From NCBI RefSeq assembly GCF_963921235.1, contig NC_086108.1, positions 112,532,001 through 112,596,000 of the forward strand: DNA of 64,000 nucleotides, read 5' to 3'. The DNA is from Mobula hypostoma (taxonomy: Eukaryota). A program made the translations under genes and the position numbers. The stretch's first letter is position 1. Every line of letters begins with the position of its first letter. Under the pieces are notes generated by a model. It saw only the letters and a program-made list of their open reading frames with translations, had not been told where the DNA came from and searched no databases. This document shows positions 1 to 13,300 of the stretch, piece after piece.

Positions 1-56
1 TGTCCAGCCCCTCGTTACAGCACACTCCCTCTAATCCAGGCAGCATCCTGGTAAAC

Positions 57-219
57 ACGAGGAAATCTGCAGATGCTGGAATTTCAAGCAACACACACAC
101 AAAAGTTGCTAGTGAACGCTTCTTTCAGTTAGTCCTGACGAAGGGTCTCGGCCCAAAACGTCGACTGTACCTCTTCCTAGAGATGCTGCCTGGCCCGCTG
201 TGTTCACCAGCAACTTTTA
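57..219. mobile_element. Penelope-like element terminal-repeat fragment in inverted arrangement, inserted in a CR1 fragment
   Basis: Same sequence as the PLE ends at 4008 and 42252, with halves in opposite orientation. Flanking duplication AGCATCCTGGTAAAC at 42-56 and 220-234. The hammerhead motif at 130-167 has GAAA changed to AAAA. Confidence 0.8.
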
Positions 220-404
220 AGCATCCTGGTAAACCTCTTCTGTACCCTCTTGAAAGCCTCAACATCCTTCCTATGGTGGGGTGACCAGGGCTGTAAGCAA
301 TTAAGATTCAGTTAAAGTAACCGATCTTATTTTCATGTGCTACACACATACACACACACACAGACACACACACAAAATTCAGCAGGTAAGGCAGCATCTA
401 TTGC

Positions 405-860
405 TCATTCGTTACATGCCATGTCATGACCATAATTGTCCTTGACAAATTTTTCTACAGAACTGGTTTACTATTGCTGCCTTCTGGGCAGTGTCTTTAC
501 AAGACAGGTGACCCCAGCCATTATCAATGAGATTGTCCTGATGATGTCCCTTAACATCAACTGTTTACTCCTTTCCATAGATGCTGCCTGGCCTGCTGTG
601 CTTTCCAAGATTTTGTGTGTGTTTCTTTGATTTCCAGTGTCTGCAGATTTTCTCTTGTCAGAGGTTGTCTGCCTGGCGTCAGTGGTCACATAACCTGGTC
701 TTGTGATGTGCACCAGCTGCTCGTACGGGCATCCACCACCAGCTCCCATGGCATCACGTGACCCTGACTGGGCACTGACCAAGGGTGACCTTCAGCCTTG
801 CGGAGGGAAGGAGCACCTTACACCTCCTTTGGTAAGAGTCCTATCTCCACCTCACCACCC
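405..860 (-). mobile_element. RTE-tailed non-autonomous retroelement (SINE-like), interrupted by an old PLE end fragment at ~535-658
   Basis: Homologous to the copies at 18938-19290 (+) and 36895-37272 (-). The 3' part resembles RTE/BovB-type tails (GAAGGCAATGGAAAACCAC in the 36.9-kb copy). Confidence 0.55.
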
Positions 861-959
861 AATCAATTACTAATCCTATTAAATGTGCTTTACTCTACAA
901 TATTCAGTTCTGTGAAGGACACGATGTTACAAATTTCAAGCCACATCCCAGTCTCAACC

Positions 960-1285
960 TTAAGACCATGGACATAGGAGCAGAATAAGGCCATTTGGCC
1001 CATCGAGTCTGCTTTCTCCCTGTAACCTTTGACACCCTGACTGCTCAAGAACCTATCAACCTCGGCTTTAAATATACCCCTCGACTTGGCCTCCACAGCT
1101 GCCTGTGACAGTGAATTCCACAGATTCATTACCCCCTGGCTAAAGAAATTCCTCCTCATCTCTATTCTACAGGGATGTCCCTCTATTCTGAGGCTGTGTC
1201 CTCTGGTCCCAGACTCCCCCACTCCTGGATACATCCTCTCTACATCCTCTCTATCAAGATATTTCAACATTCGATAGGTTTTAAT
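960..1285 (-). mobile_element. CR1 LINE 3' fragment
   Basis: Peptide TRGHSLRIEG...RNFFSQGVMNLWNSL matches the CR1 ORF2 C-terminus seen in the long copies, followed by the 3' UTR. Confidence 0.8.
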
Positions 1286-2559
1286 GACGTCTTTCAATGA
1301 GAACTCTGGAGTGAGATGAAGCCTGACAGGTTACTGACATGAAATATTGACCCAGTTCCTCTCTCATGTAACATCTGCTCGATAATTTTGTTTTATACTC
1401 AACATAATACATACAGCTTCCACAGATTCACCAGCCTCTGGCCAAATCACTATGCTACCTCATTCATTTTTATGAAGGGTCTCCAATTTGAAACATTAAC
1501 TCGGTTTCTCTCTCCATGGATACTGCCTGACCTTCTGAGTGTTTTTGGCATTTTCTGCTTTAATTGTAGATTCCAGACCGGTGGGTTTTTTTAAAAATAC
1601 AACTTTCTTGCTATTTTGTTCCTTTGTTAGACAGATAATTATTTATATGGAATCTGAATGATTTTATTTTGAAAATAGGACAACTCTTGTCACAAAATAG
1701 AATCAATTCTTTCATCAACCACCCATTGACACCAATCCCATTTCATTCTCCCCACACCCCTCAGGTTTAACCCCCGCCCTCTCTCTGCCATACATGGGTG
1801 CATGGATCTCGAGTGGAGCAGGATCACAGCCCAGGCCTGTATTGCACTGTACTGCTGCCGCAAAAAAAACCCAGATTTCATGACATTTGTGAGTGATGAT
1901 AAACCTGATTCTGATATGGGTCTCTGTTGTGGATTGAGAGTGGGAGGGGGGCAGGAAGAGGGGAATCATGGTTGGGAAAAGGGGAAGGGAGAGGGGAGGG
2001 AGCGGGAAGCACCAGAGAGGCAATCTGTAATGATCAACAAACCAGTTGTTTGGCGTCAAATGACCTTGCCTGTTGGCTCAGGGCTGGGAGTGTCTGCACC
2101 AGTGCCACCTCCTGCCCCTGGCACTCCTCTGCCACCTGTCCCACATCCTTCCTGTGGCACTCCACCCCTACCATTCCCAACATCCTTTGCTCATGCAAGA
2201 TTTACAAACTCGCCCTCCGCTCCACATTGACAAATACAGTACTGTCTAACTGTATAGAAGCCTTAGGCACGCCAGCTATATCTATGTAGCTAAGACTTCT
2301 GCACAGTACTATAGGTTTGAGGTGAGCTCGAGAGGCAGATCTGAGGGACAAGGTTTTCACACACAGGGTAGTGGGTATATGCAGTGAGCTGCCAGAGGGA
2401 GATGAGGAGATCAGTACAGCTACAGTGTCTGGAGGAGATCTGGATTTGGTTTATGGGACAAATGCAGAGAAACAGGACTACCTCAAATAGACATCATGCT
2501 CAGTATGGATGAGTTAGGCCAAAGCGCATGTTTGTGTGCGATACAACCCTAAAAAAAGC

Positions 2560-3405
2560 TCAAAGTAAATTTATTATCAAACTCTGTAGACTATGGTAAT
2601 ATATATGTCATCATATACTACCCTGTGATTCACTTTCTTGCAGGCATTTACAGGAAAATAAAGAAATACAACAGAATTTATGAAAAAACATCTATAAAGA
2701 CTGACAACCAACCAATATGCAAAAGAAGACAGTGTGCAAATCAGAAGTAAATAATACTGGGAACATGAGTTGTCAAGAGTCCTTGAGAGTGAGTGTGTAG
2801 GTTATAGCATCAGCTCAGAGCCCAGGTGAGTAAAGTCATTCCCACTGGTTCAGGAGCTTGACCGTTGTAGGGTAATAACCGTTCTTGAACCTGGTGGTGT
2901 ATGACCAAAGGCTCCTGTACCTCCCTCTTGAAGGTAGCAGTGAGGAGACCACGGTGTGGATGCTGGGGGCGGTGGGGGTCCCTGATGATGGATGCTGCTT
3001 TCCTGTGACAGCGCTCCTTGTAAACGTGCTCAGTGGTGGGAAGAGCTTTGCCTGTGATGGACTGAGCTGCGTCCACCTCTTTCTGTTGGGTTTTCCTTTC
3101 CTGGGCCCAAGATGCAACAAGAATCAGGTTTATTGTCACCGGCATGTGACGTGAAATTTGTTAACTTAGCGGCAGCAGTTCTGTGCAATATAGAAAAAAA
3201 AATAAATCAATTACAGTACGTATATTGAATATATTAAAAATCGTGCAAAAACAGAAATAATATATTAAAAAAATGAGGTAGTGTTCACGGGTTCAATGTC
3301 CATTTAGGAATCGGATGGCAGAGGGGAAGAAGCTGTTCCTGAATCGCTGAGTGTGTGCCTTCAGGCTTCTGTACCTCCTACCTGATGGTGACAGTGAGAA
3401 AAGGG
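2560..3405 (-). mobile_element. Two nested Rex1/Babar-like LINE 3' fragments (younger one at ~3117-3405)
   Basis: Peptides LLPSRGRYRSL..TTRFKNGYYP and [33 protein letters not shown]. The younger one matches the 3' end of the 50485-52268 element, including the AATAAACCTGATTCT tail. Confidence 0.7.
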
Positions 3406-4007
3406 CATAGAAACATAGAAACATAGAAAATAGGTGCAGGAGTAGGCCATTCGGCCCTTCGAGCCTGCACCGCCATTTATTATGATCATGGCTGATCATC
3501 CAACTCAGAACCCAGCCTTCCCTCCATACCCCCTGATCCCCGTAGCCACAAGGGCCATATCTAACTCCCTCTTAAACATAGCCAATGAACTGGCCTCAAC
3601 AGTTTGCTGTGGCAGAGAATTCCACAGATTCACCACTCTCTGTGTGAAGTAGTTTTTCCTAATCTCGGTCCTAAAAGGCTTCCCCTCTATCCTCAAACTG
3701 TGACCCCTCGTTCTGGACCTCCCCAACATCGGGAACAATCTTCCCGCATCTAGCCTGTCCAATCCCTTTAGGATCTTATACGTTTCAATCAGATCCCCCC
3801 TCAATCTTCTAAATTCCAACGAGTACAAGCCCAGTTCATCCAGTCTTTCTTCATATGAAAGACCTGCCATCCCAGGAATCAACCTGGTGAACCTTCTTTG
3901 TACTCCTTCTATGGCAAAGATATCTTTCCTCAGATTAGGGGACCAAAACTGCACACAATACTCCAGGTGTGGTCTCACCAAGGCCTTGTACAACTGCAGT
4001 AGTACCT

Positions 4008-4556
4008 TTAAACGCAAACAACAGGAATTCTGCAGATGCTGGAAATTCAAGCAACATACATCAAAGTTGCTGGTGAACGCAGCAGGCCAAGCAGCATCTA
4101 TAGGAAGAGGCGCAGTCGACGTTTCAGGCCGAGACCCTTCGTCAGGACTAACTGAAGGAAGAGTGAGTAAGGGATTTGAAAGCTGGAGGGGGAGGGGGAG
4201 ATGCAAAATGATAGGAGAAGACAGGAGGAGGAGGGATAGAGCCGAGAGCTGGACAGGTAATTGGCAAAAGGGGATACGAGAGGATCATGGGACAGGAGGT
4301 CCGGGAAGAAAGACGAGGGGGGGGGTGACCCAGAGGATGGGCAAGAGGTATATTCAGAGGGACAGAGGGAGAAAAAGGAGAGTGAGAGAAAGAATGTGTG
4401 CATAAAAATGAGTAACAGCTGGGGTACGAGGGGGAGGTGGGGCCTAGCGGAAGTTAGAGAAGTCAATGTTCATGCCAACAGGTTGGAGGCTACCCAGACG
4501 GAATATAAGGTGTTGTTCCTCCAACCTGAGTGTGGCTTCATCTTTACAGTAGAGGA
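4008..4556 (-). mobile_element. Penelope-like element 3' fragment (GIY-YIG C-terminus plus terminal repeat with hammerhead)
   Basis: The minus strand reads LYCKDEATLRLEEQHLIFRLGSLQPVGMNIDFSNFR* (stop 4444-4446), typical of the end of a PLE GIY-YIG endonuclease. Comparison with the uninterrupted CR1 copy at ~54920 fixes both junctions. Confidence 0.88.
4113..4150 (-). ncRNA. Minimal type I hammerhead ribozyme in a PLE terminal repeat
   Basis: UAGUC-CUGACGA-A-GGGU(CUCG)GCCU-GAA-ACGU-C^GACUG: stem I UAGUC/GACUG, conserved core, stem II, palindromic ACGU in place of stem III, GUC cleavage triplet. Confidence 0.8.
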
Positions 4557-7058
4557 GAATCCTCTCGCTATAAATGCCAGCATACCATTCGCCTTTTTCA
4601 CCGCCTGCTGTACCTGCATGCCCACTTTCAATGACTGGTGTATAATGACACCCAGGTCTCGTTGCACCTCCCCTTTTCCTAATCGGCCACCATTCAGATA
4701 ATAATCTGTTTTCCTATTTTTGCCACCAAAGTGGATAACTTCACATTTATCCACATTAAATTGCATCTGCCATGAGTTTGCCCACTCACCCAACCTATCC
4801 AAGTCACACTGCATCCTCTTAGCATCCTCCTCACTGCTAACACTGCCACCCAGCTTCGTGTCATCCGCAAACTTGGAGATGCTGCATTTAATTCCCTCAT
4901 CCAAGTCATTAATATATATTGTAAACAACTGGAGTCCCAGCACTGAGCCTTGCGGTACCCCACTAGTTACCGCCTGCCATTCTGAAAAGGTCCCGTTTAT
5001 TCCCACTCTTTGCTTCCTGTCTGCTAACCAATTCTCCACCCACACCAATACCTTACCCCCAATACCGTGTGCTTTAAGTTTGCACACTAATCTCCTGTGT
5101 GGGACCTTGTCAAAAGCCTTTTGAAAATCCAAATATACCACATCCACTGGTTCTCCCCTATCCACTCTACTAGTTACATCCTCAAAAAATTCTATGAGAT
5201 TCGTCAGACATGATTTTCCTTTCACAAATCCATGCTGACTTTGTCCGATCATTTCACCGCTTTCCAAATGTGCTGTTATCACATCCTTGATAACTGACTC
5301 CAGCAGTTTCCCCACCACCGACGTTAGGCTAACCGGCCTATAATTCCCCGGTTTCTCTCTCCCTCCTTTTTTAAAAAGTGGGGTTACATTAGCCACCCTC
5401 CAATCCTCAGGAACTAGTCCAGAATCTAACGAGTTTTGAAAAATTATCACTAATGCATCCACTATTTCTTGGGCTACCTCCTTAAGCACTCTAGGATGCA
5501 GACCATCTGGCCCTGGGGATTTATCTGCCTTCAATCCCTTCAATTTACCTAACACCACTTGCCTACTAATATGTATTTCACTCAGTTCCTCCATCTCACT
5601 GGACCCTCTGTCCCTTACTATTGCTGGAAGATTATTTATGTCCTCCTTAGTGAAGACAGAACCAAAGTAATTATTCAATTGGTCTGCCATGTCCTTGCTC
5701 CCCATAATCAATTCACCTGTTTCTGTCTGCAGGGGACCTACATTTGTCTTTATCAGTCTTTTCCTTTTTACATATCTATAAAAGCTTTTACAGTCCGTTT
5801 TTATGTTCTCTGCCAGTTTTCTCTCATAATCTTTTTTCCCCTTCCTAATTAAGCCCTTTGTCCTCCTCTGCTGAACTCTGAATTTCTCCCAGTCCTCAGG
5901 TGAGCCACTTTCTCTGGCTAATTTGTATGCTACTTCTTTGGAATTGATACTATCCCTAATTTCTCTTGTCAGCCACGGGTGCACTACCTTCCTTGATTTA
6001 TTCTTTTGCCAAACTGGGATGAACAATTGTTGTAGTTCATCCATGCAACCTTTAAATGCTTGCCATTGCATATCCACCGTCAATCCTTTAAGTGTCATTT
6101 GCCAGTCTATCTTAGCTAATTCACGTCTCATACCTTCAAAGTTACCCCTCTTTAAGTTCAGAACCTTTGTTTCTGAACTAACTATGTCACTCTCCATGTT
6201 AATGAAGAATTCCACCATATTATGGTCACTCTTACCCAAGGGGCCTCTCACGACAAGATCACTAATTAACCCTTCCTCATTGCTCAAAACCCAGTCCAGA
6301 ATAGCCTGCTCTCTAGTTGGTTCCTCGACATGTTGGTTCAAAAAACCATCCCGCATACATTCCAAGAAATCCTCTTCCTCAGCACCTTTACCAATTTGGT
6401 TCACCCAGTCTACAAGTAGATTGAAGTCACCCATTATAACTGCTGTTCCTTTATTGCACACATTTCTAATTTCCTGTTTAATACCATCTCCGACCTCACT
6501 ACTACTGTTAGGTGGCCTGTACACAACTCCCACCAGCGTCTTCTGCCCCTTAGTGTTACGCAGCTCTACCCATATCGATTCCACATCTTCCCGGCTTATG
6601 TCCTTCCTTTCTATTGCGTTAATCTCTTTTTTAACCAGCAACGCCACCCCACCTCCCCTTCCTTCATGTCTATCCCTCCTGAATATTGAATATCCCTGAA
6701 CGTTGAGCTCCCATCCCTGGTCACCCTGGAGCCATGTCTCTGTGATCCCAACTATATCATAATCATTAATAACAATCTGCACTTACCTTATTACGAATGC
6801 TCCTTGCATTGACACATAAAGCCTTCAGGCGCTCTTTTACAACTCTCTTAGCCCTTGTACAATTATGTTGAAAAGTGGCCCTTTTTAATGCTTGCCCTGG
6901 ATTTGTCGGCCTGCCACTTTTACTTTTCTCCTTTGTACTTTTTGCTTCTACGCTCACTTTACACCCCTCTGTCTCTCTGCACTGGTTCCCATCCCTCTGT
7001 TGTGAACTAACCTCCTCACGCCTAGCCTCTTTAATTTGATTCCCACCCCCCAACCATT

Positions 7059-8074
7059 CTAGTTTAAAATCACCTCAGTAGCCCCCGCTAATCTCCCTGC
7101 CAGGATATTGGTCCCCCTAGGATTCAAGTGTAACCCGTCCTTTTTGTACAGGTCACGCCTGCGCCAAGAGGTCCCAATGATCCAAAAACTTGAATCCCTG
7201 ACCACTGGTCCAATCCCTCAGCCACGCATTTATCCTCCACCTCATCGCATTCCTACTCTCACTGTCGCGTGGCACAGGCAGTAATCCCGAGATTACTACC
7301 TTTGCGGTCCTTTTTCTCAACTCCCTTCCTAGCTCCCTATATTCTCCTTTCAGGACCTCATCCCTTTTCCTACCTATGTCATTGGTACCTATATGTACCA
7401 CGACCTCTGGCTCCTCACCCTCCCACTTCAGGATATCTTGGACACGATCAGAAATATGCCGGACCCTGGCACCAGGGAGGCAAACTACCATCCGGGTCTC
7501 TGGACTGCGTCCACAGAATCGCCTATCTGACCCCCTTACTATCGAGTCCCCTATCACAACTGCCCTCCTCTTCCTTGCCCTACCCTTCTGAGCTACAGGG
7601 CCAGACTCTGTGCCGGAGGCACGGCCACTGTCGCTTCCCCCGGGTAAGCTGTCCCCCCCAACAGTACTCAAACAGGAGTAGCTATTGTCAAGGGGCACAG
7701 CCACCGGGGTACTCTCTATTACCTGACTCTTCCCCTTCCCCCTCCTAACCGTGACCCACTTGTCTGCCTCCTGTGGCCCCGGCGTGACCACTTGCCTGCA
7801 ACTCCTCTCTATCACCCTCTCACTCTCCCTGTGGCCCCGGCGTGACCACTTGCCTGCAACTCCTCTCTATCATCCTCTCGCTCTCCCTGACCAGATGAAG
7901 GTCATCGAGCTGCAGCTCCAGTTCCGTAACGCGGTCCCTTAGGAGCTTCATCTCGATGCACTTGGCGCAGATGTAGACGTCTGGGAGGCTTGGAGACTCC
8001 AGGGCCTCCCACATCCGACACCGAGAACAGCAAACTGCCCTCACAGTCATAATGCCCCTCTCCTCAAATAGCAA
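7059..8074 (-). pseudogene. CR1 ORF1: Cys-rich N-terminus/coiled coil plus SGNH (GDSL-type) esterase domain, frameshifted
   Basis: CSRC...CAKC and LRDRVTELELQL (7820-8074); VVIGDSIVRG and VVHIGTNDIG (7153-7815); DLYKKDGLHLN continues in another frame to a stop at 7059-7061. A 58-bp tandem duplication at ~7770-7887 and a frameshift near 7165 break the frame. Confidence 0.88.
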
Positions 8075-9099
8075 CAGAAAATGAATGTCAAACCTTCGTC
8101 GCCTCGCCCGCTTCCGCCTAAGCCCGGTGAGCCGAAGCCCTTAAGCCTTCACTCTGCTCCCGGCTCACTCCGCCGCCCGCAAACTACGCTGCCCGCTCTA
8201 TGAGGCTTTGTTCCTTTTAAATCTGCCGCGCTGCACTGCCCGACGTCACACGCCTGCGCAGTCCCGCCTCTCAGAACGCCGTCCTGCACTGTGAGAACTC
8301 TCCACTGTGTGTCCTTGTACGATGTCAAAGTTTCCCCCTATGATTCTAGGATTAGTAATGCCACAAGATAGAAGACTACAGACCAGGTTATTTTACGTGG
8401 GATTAGTATGGGTGAGAAAGTGAGGGCCAGCATAGACGTGACAGGCCAAAAGCCTGTTTCTGTACCATATGGCTCAATGGTGTTTTGCAAGCAGCCGGAG
8501 AACATCGCCATGATTCATTGATGCCACCTTGAACCAGAGGGGATAACTTCACTCAACACCGAACTGCTCCCACAACCTACAAGCTCATTTTCAATGTCTA
8601 TTCATCTCATATTCTTGAAAATCACTTATTTATTTTTCTCTTTTGTATTTGCACAGTCAGTTATTTTTTTTGCACACTGGTTGTTTGTCCGAACTGTTGG
8701 GTGTGGTCTTTCATTGATTCTATTGTGGTTCTTGTATTTACTGTGAATACCGGCAAGAAAACGAATCTCATGGTGACATGTATGTATCCTGATAATAAAT
8801 TTACTTTGAATTTTGGTTCCATCACGAAAAGAGGTCCCTTTGTCTCCCACACAGCACAACCCTTGGGAGGGCTGAGCCAACTCCAAATATCCTGGCTTGT
8901 AAGGGCTTAAAAACTGATAACCCGACTGGCTGTCCTGCCTCGAAAGATGAAAGGTGAGCTTCATTTGCCACTGGTACATTGAAACATCAAAACATACAGT
9001 GAAAAGCGTCATTACCGTGAACAACCGACAGAGTCTGAGAATGTGGTGAGGGCAGCCTGCAAATGTCGCCATTTTCCAGCATCAACGCTGCATGCCCAC

Positions 9100-10361
9100 A
9101 GGCCACCTAACCCGCACCCCGTACACCACAGGACACCTAACCCACACACCGCAGGACACCTAACCCGCACCCCGTACACCACAGGACACCTAACCCACAC
9201 ACCGCAGGACACCTAACCCGCACCCCGTACACCGCAGGACACCTAACCCGCACACCGCAGGACACCTAACCCGCACCCCGTACACCGCAGGACACCTAAC
9301 CCGCACACCGCAGGACACCTAACCCGCACCCCGTACACCGCAGGACACCTAACCCGCACCCCGTACACCACAGGACACCTAACCCACACACCGCAGGACA
9401 CCTAACCCGCACCCCGTACACCGCAGGACACCTAACCCGCACCCCGTACACCGCAGGACACCTAACCCGCACACCGCAGGACACCTAACCCGCACCCCGT
9501 ACACCACAGGACACCTAACCCGCACCCCGTACACCGGACACCTAACCCACACCCCGTACACCGGACACCTAACCCACACACCGCAGGACACCTAACCCGC
9601 ACCCCGTACACCGCAGGACACCTAACCCACACACCGCAGGACACCTAACCCGCACCCCGTACACCGCAGGACACCTAACCCACACACCGCAGGACACCTA
9701 ACCCGCACCCCGTACACCGCAGGACACCTAACCCACACACCGCAGGACACCTAACCCGCACCCCGTACACCACAGGACACCTAACCCGCACCCCGTACAC
9801 CGGACACCTAACCCACACACCGCAGGACACCTAACCCACACCCCGTACACCACCGGACACCTAACCCGCACCCCGTACACCGGACACCTAACCCACACAC
9901 CGTACACCACAGGACACCTAACCCACACACCGTACACCGGACACCTAACCCACACACCGTACACCGGACACCTAACCCACACCCCGTACACCGCAGGACA
10001 CCTAACCCGAACACCGCGCACCGCAGGACACCTAACCCGCACCCCGCGCACCGCAGGACACCTAACCCGCACACCGTACACCGCAGGCCACCTAACCCGC
10101 ACACCGTACACCGCAGGACACCTAACCCGCACACCGTACACCGCAGGCCACCTAACCCGCACACCGTACACCGCAGGACACCTAACCCGCACCCCGTACA
10201 CCGCAGGACACCTAACCCGCACACCGTACACCGCAGGCCACCTAACCCGCACACCGTACACCGCAAGACACCTAACCCGCACCCTGTACACCGCAGGACA
10301 CCTAACCCGGACACCGGACACCGTGCACTGCAGGACACCTAACCCGGACACCGCGCACCGC
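9100..10361. repeat. Minisatellite, left block; 23/27/30-bp variant units with core GGACACCTAACCC
   Basis: Directly visible; typical unit CCGCAGGACACCTAACCCGCACCCCGTACA. Strong C/A versus G/T strand skew. Confidence 0.97.
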
Positions 10362-13300
10362 TTTTTTTTAAACAAAATTCTTTATTACAAATGTCGGTGC
10401 TATACAATATTTACAAAACCAGTGACTAACATATTTACTACACTACAAACAGACAATACATCTTAAACCAATATATTGCCATCCTCATCAATGATGGCAT
10501 TTACACCCCGCGGAGCCCAACGGTCCCGGAACATCTCTACGGTCGCCGTGGACTGTACGTATTCCTTTTCAATGTTCACCCAGGCACGAACATACCCCCT
10601 AAACATAGCCAGGCAGTCCGCCCGGAGAGAACCTCCTGCCACCCTTTTCCAGGAGCCACGGATGGCAATTTTCGCCAGCCCCAGGAGCAAGTTGACAAGG
10701 ACATCCTCATCCCTCTGCGCCCCCCTCCTTACTGGATAACCATATATGAATAGGGTGGGATTGAAATGCAACCAGAAGGCGAGAAGCAGCCCACGCAAAT
10801 ACGCGAAAAGGGGCTGCAGCCTCACACACTCCACGTACATATGGTACACGGTCTCCTCCAGCCCGCAGAAGTGACACGCGGCTGGGAGATCCGTGTACAG
10901 ACTAAAGAACTTATTGCAGGGCACCGCTTTATGCAGCACCCTCCAGCTGAGATCCCCAAGGTGCATGGGAAGGACTCCCTTGTAAAGGGACTTCCATTGG
11001 GGACCCCCCTCACCTCCAGGTGGAAAGACCGACCACCATGGCGTGTTGGGACGGTGGGCAAATGCTAGGAAGTGGAGGGTGTGGAGCAACAGCCCATAAA
11101 GGTACCTCCTGCCTGCATCCCTGAATGGGATTGTGGGTGTCGATGAGAGACGGCTCAAGTTGTGTGGATTCGTCTCTCGGGTAAGGCTGCGGGGCCTGGG
11201 CCCGACGAGCAGCTCAGCCTGAGTCGATCCACACACCTGAGCCGCACCGACATCCGTTGAGGCAGGGCAAGGGTTGGCCAGGACCCCGCCCTCTGCCAGA
11301 GGAGGGGATTCCCTGCCTGAGGCAACCATGTTCCAGACTCTCAGTAGGTCCTGATAGAAGCCGGGCAGCCTCTGCAAAGCAGCACGGCTGACGCCCGCCG
11401 GTGGTAGCTGCATATCTTCGTGAAGGCAGCAGCCCCTCCGGAGGAAGAAAGTCGCCAACACATGCCACCTGGGAGGGTGCTCGGCGTACAGGAATCTCTG
11501 CAGAGTCCTGAGGCGGAGAGCCGCCAGTCGTGTGCGTACACACACCAGCGACTGTCCGCCCTCTCCTTCTGGGAGACTCAGAACCGCTGCAGAGACCCAG
11601 TGTTTCCTGTTTCCCCAGAAGAAGTCCACTAGCTTCCTCTGCATTCTTGCGACAAAAGGGGCAGGAGGGGCCAAGGTGACCATCCGGTACCACAACATGG
11701 AGGCCACCAGCTGGTTTATGATCACTACCCTGCCTCGATAGGAAAGCACCCTGAGAAGGCCTGACCAGCGCCCTAGCCGGGCCATGACCTTTGTCTCCAC
11801 GTCCTTTCAGTTCGCCAGCCAGGTCTCCCCAGAAGGACTCAGGTAGACTCCCAGATAGAGAAGGCGTCTGATGCTCCACTCAAAAGCTCTCATCTCCTCC
11901 GGCAGGGAATCCACCTGCCACTGGCCTACTAGGAGTCCGGAACATTTTGCCCAGTTGATCCTGGCGGAGGATGCCGCCGTGAAAACATCTTGGCACTCGC
12001 GCATCCTCCGCAGGTCACAGGGGTCTGTCATCATGAGGAGTACGTCATCGGCGTAGGCCGAGAGGACGACCCCCATGTCCGGTTCGCGCAGAACCAGACC
12101 TGTCAGCCTTCGCCGAAGAAGGCCGAGGAATGGCTCGACACAGATCGCATACAGTTGACCGGACATGGGGCACCCTTGACGCACTCCTCTTCGGAAGTGG
12201 ATAGGTCCTGTCAATGATCCGTTAATCTTAACTAGGCACTCTGTGGCAGAGTACAGGAGCCGAACTCGGGCCACAAAGTGTGGTCCGTGCCCAAAAGCCT
12301 GCAGGGTGCCCAGCAGGAAACTGTGGTCTACCCGGTCAAACGCCTTCTCCTGGTCAAGAGAAAGAAATGCTGCCGGGGTCCCAGTCTCCTGCAGTAAGTG
12401 GATCAGGTCCCGTACTAGGTGGACATTGTCCTGGATGGAGCGGCCCGGGACTGTGTAAGATTGGTCAGGATGGACCACCTGTCCAATTACCGAACCCAGA
12501 TGGTTGGCCATTGCCCGGGCGAAGATCTTGTAGTCCGCGCACAAGAGGGAGACCGGCCGCCAGTTCTTTAGCAGGCGGCGGTCTCCCTTCTTGGGCAGTA
12601 GGACCACAACAGCTCTTCGCCATGAGAGGGGCATTTCTCCGGTGGCTAGGCTCTCCCCTAGGACAAGGCTGTAATCATCCCCCAGGACATCCCAAAAAGC
12701 CTGATAAAACTCAACACTCAGTCCATCCAAACCAGGGGACTTACCACTCCGGAGTTGCCGAAGGGCAGTGGACAGCTCCTCCCGAGTCAGGGGGGCGTCC
12801 AGACGCACTGCGTCCTCTGGGCTGACCTTAGGCAAATCCTTCCAGACCTCATTACATGCCTCCGCATTTGACGGATCAGGCGAGAATAAGGACCGATAGA
12901 ATGAACGGACTTCGTTGTTAATTCCATCAGGGTCCGTGATGGAGGAGCCATCGGCAGCCAGCAGCTCCACTAGCTGCTTTTCAACTCCCCGCCACCTCTC
13001 CAACGAGTAGAAGAAGGGTGAGCCACGGTCCAAATCCTGCAGCATTTGGATCCGTGACCTCACGTACGCACCTCGGGACTGCTGAAGCTGCAGGTTCCTT
13101 AGTGCGTCCTTCTTCTCCTGGTATTCCTGCCACAGCTGCTGGTCTCCAGCGGTCGGACCGAGGCGGGACTCCAGGTCAAGCAACGCTCTCTCAAGCCACT
13201 CAACCTCAGAGCCCCACCCTTTAGTCGACCCCCTAGTGTACTCCCGACATAAAAACCGGATGTGGGCTTTGCCCACATCCCACCACAGCCGTAGGGAGCA

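Larger units (their letters stand above)
3505..7053 (-). pseudogene. CR1 ORF2 (APE endonuclease plus reverse transcriptase), disrupted
   Basis: NARSIRNK, GITETWL, VMGDFN-type and SDHNMV endonuclease motifs; [20 protein letters not shown] and KFADDTKL RT motifs. Frameshift near 6783; split by the PLE at 4008-4556. Confidence 0.92.
3406..8283 (-). mobile_element. Near full-length young CR1 LINE (ORF1 esterase plus ORF2 APE endonuclease-RT), inactivated
   Basis: CpG-rich 5' UTR (~8075-8283), ORF1, ORF2, 3' UTR and an octamer tail (CATAGAAA)n on + at 3406-3428. Disrupted by frameshifts and a PLE insertion at 4008-4556. The 5' boundary is approximate. Confidence 0.93.

Noticed and set aside
2238..2311. 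Short palindrome CAGTACTGT...GCACAGTACT, a possible Tc1/mariner MITE remnant
   Set aside because: It is too degenerate to define TIRs or a TSD with confidence.
4720..6699. Long plus-strand ORFs opposite the CR1 ORF2 (also at 55104-56927 and 51026-51970)
   Set aside because: They are antisense shadows of LINE coding sequence that recur with each copy.
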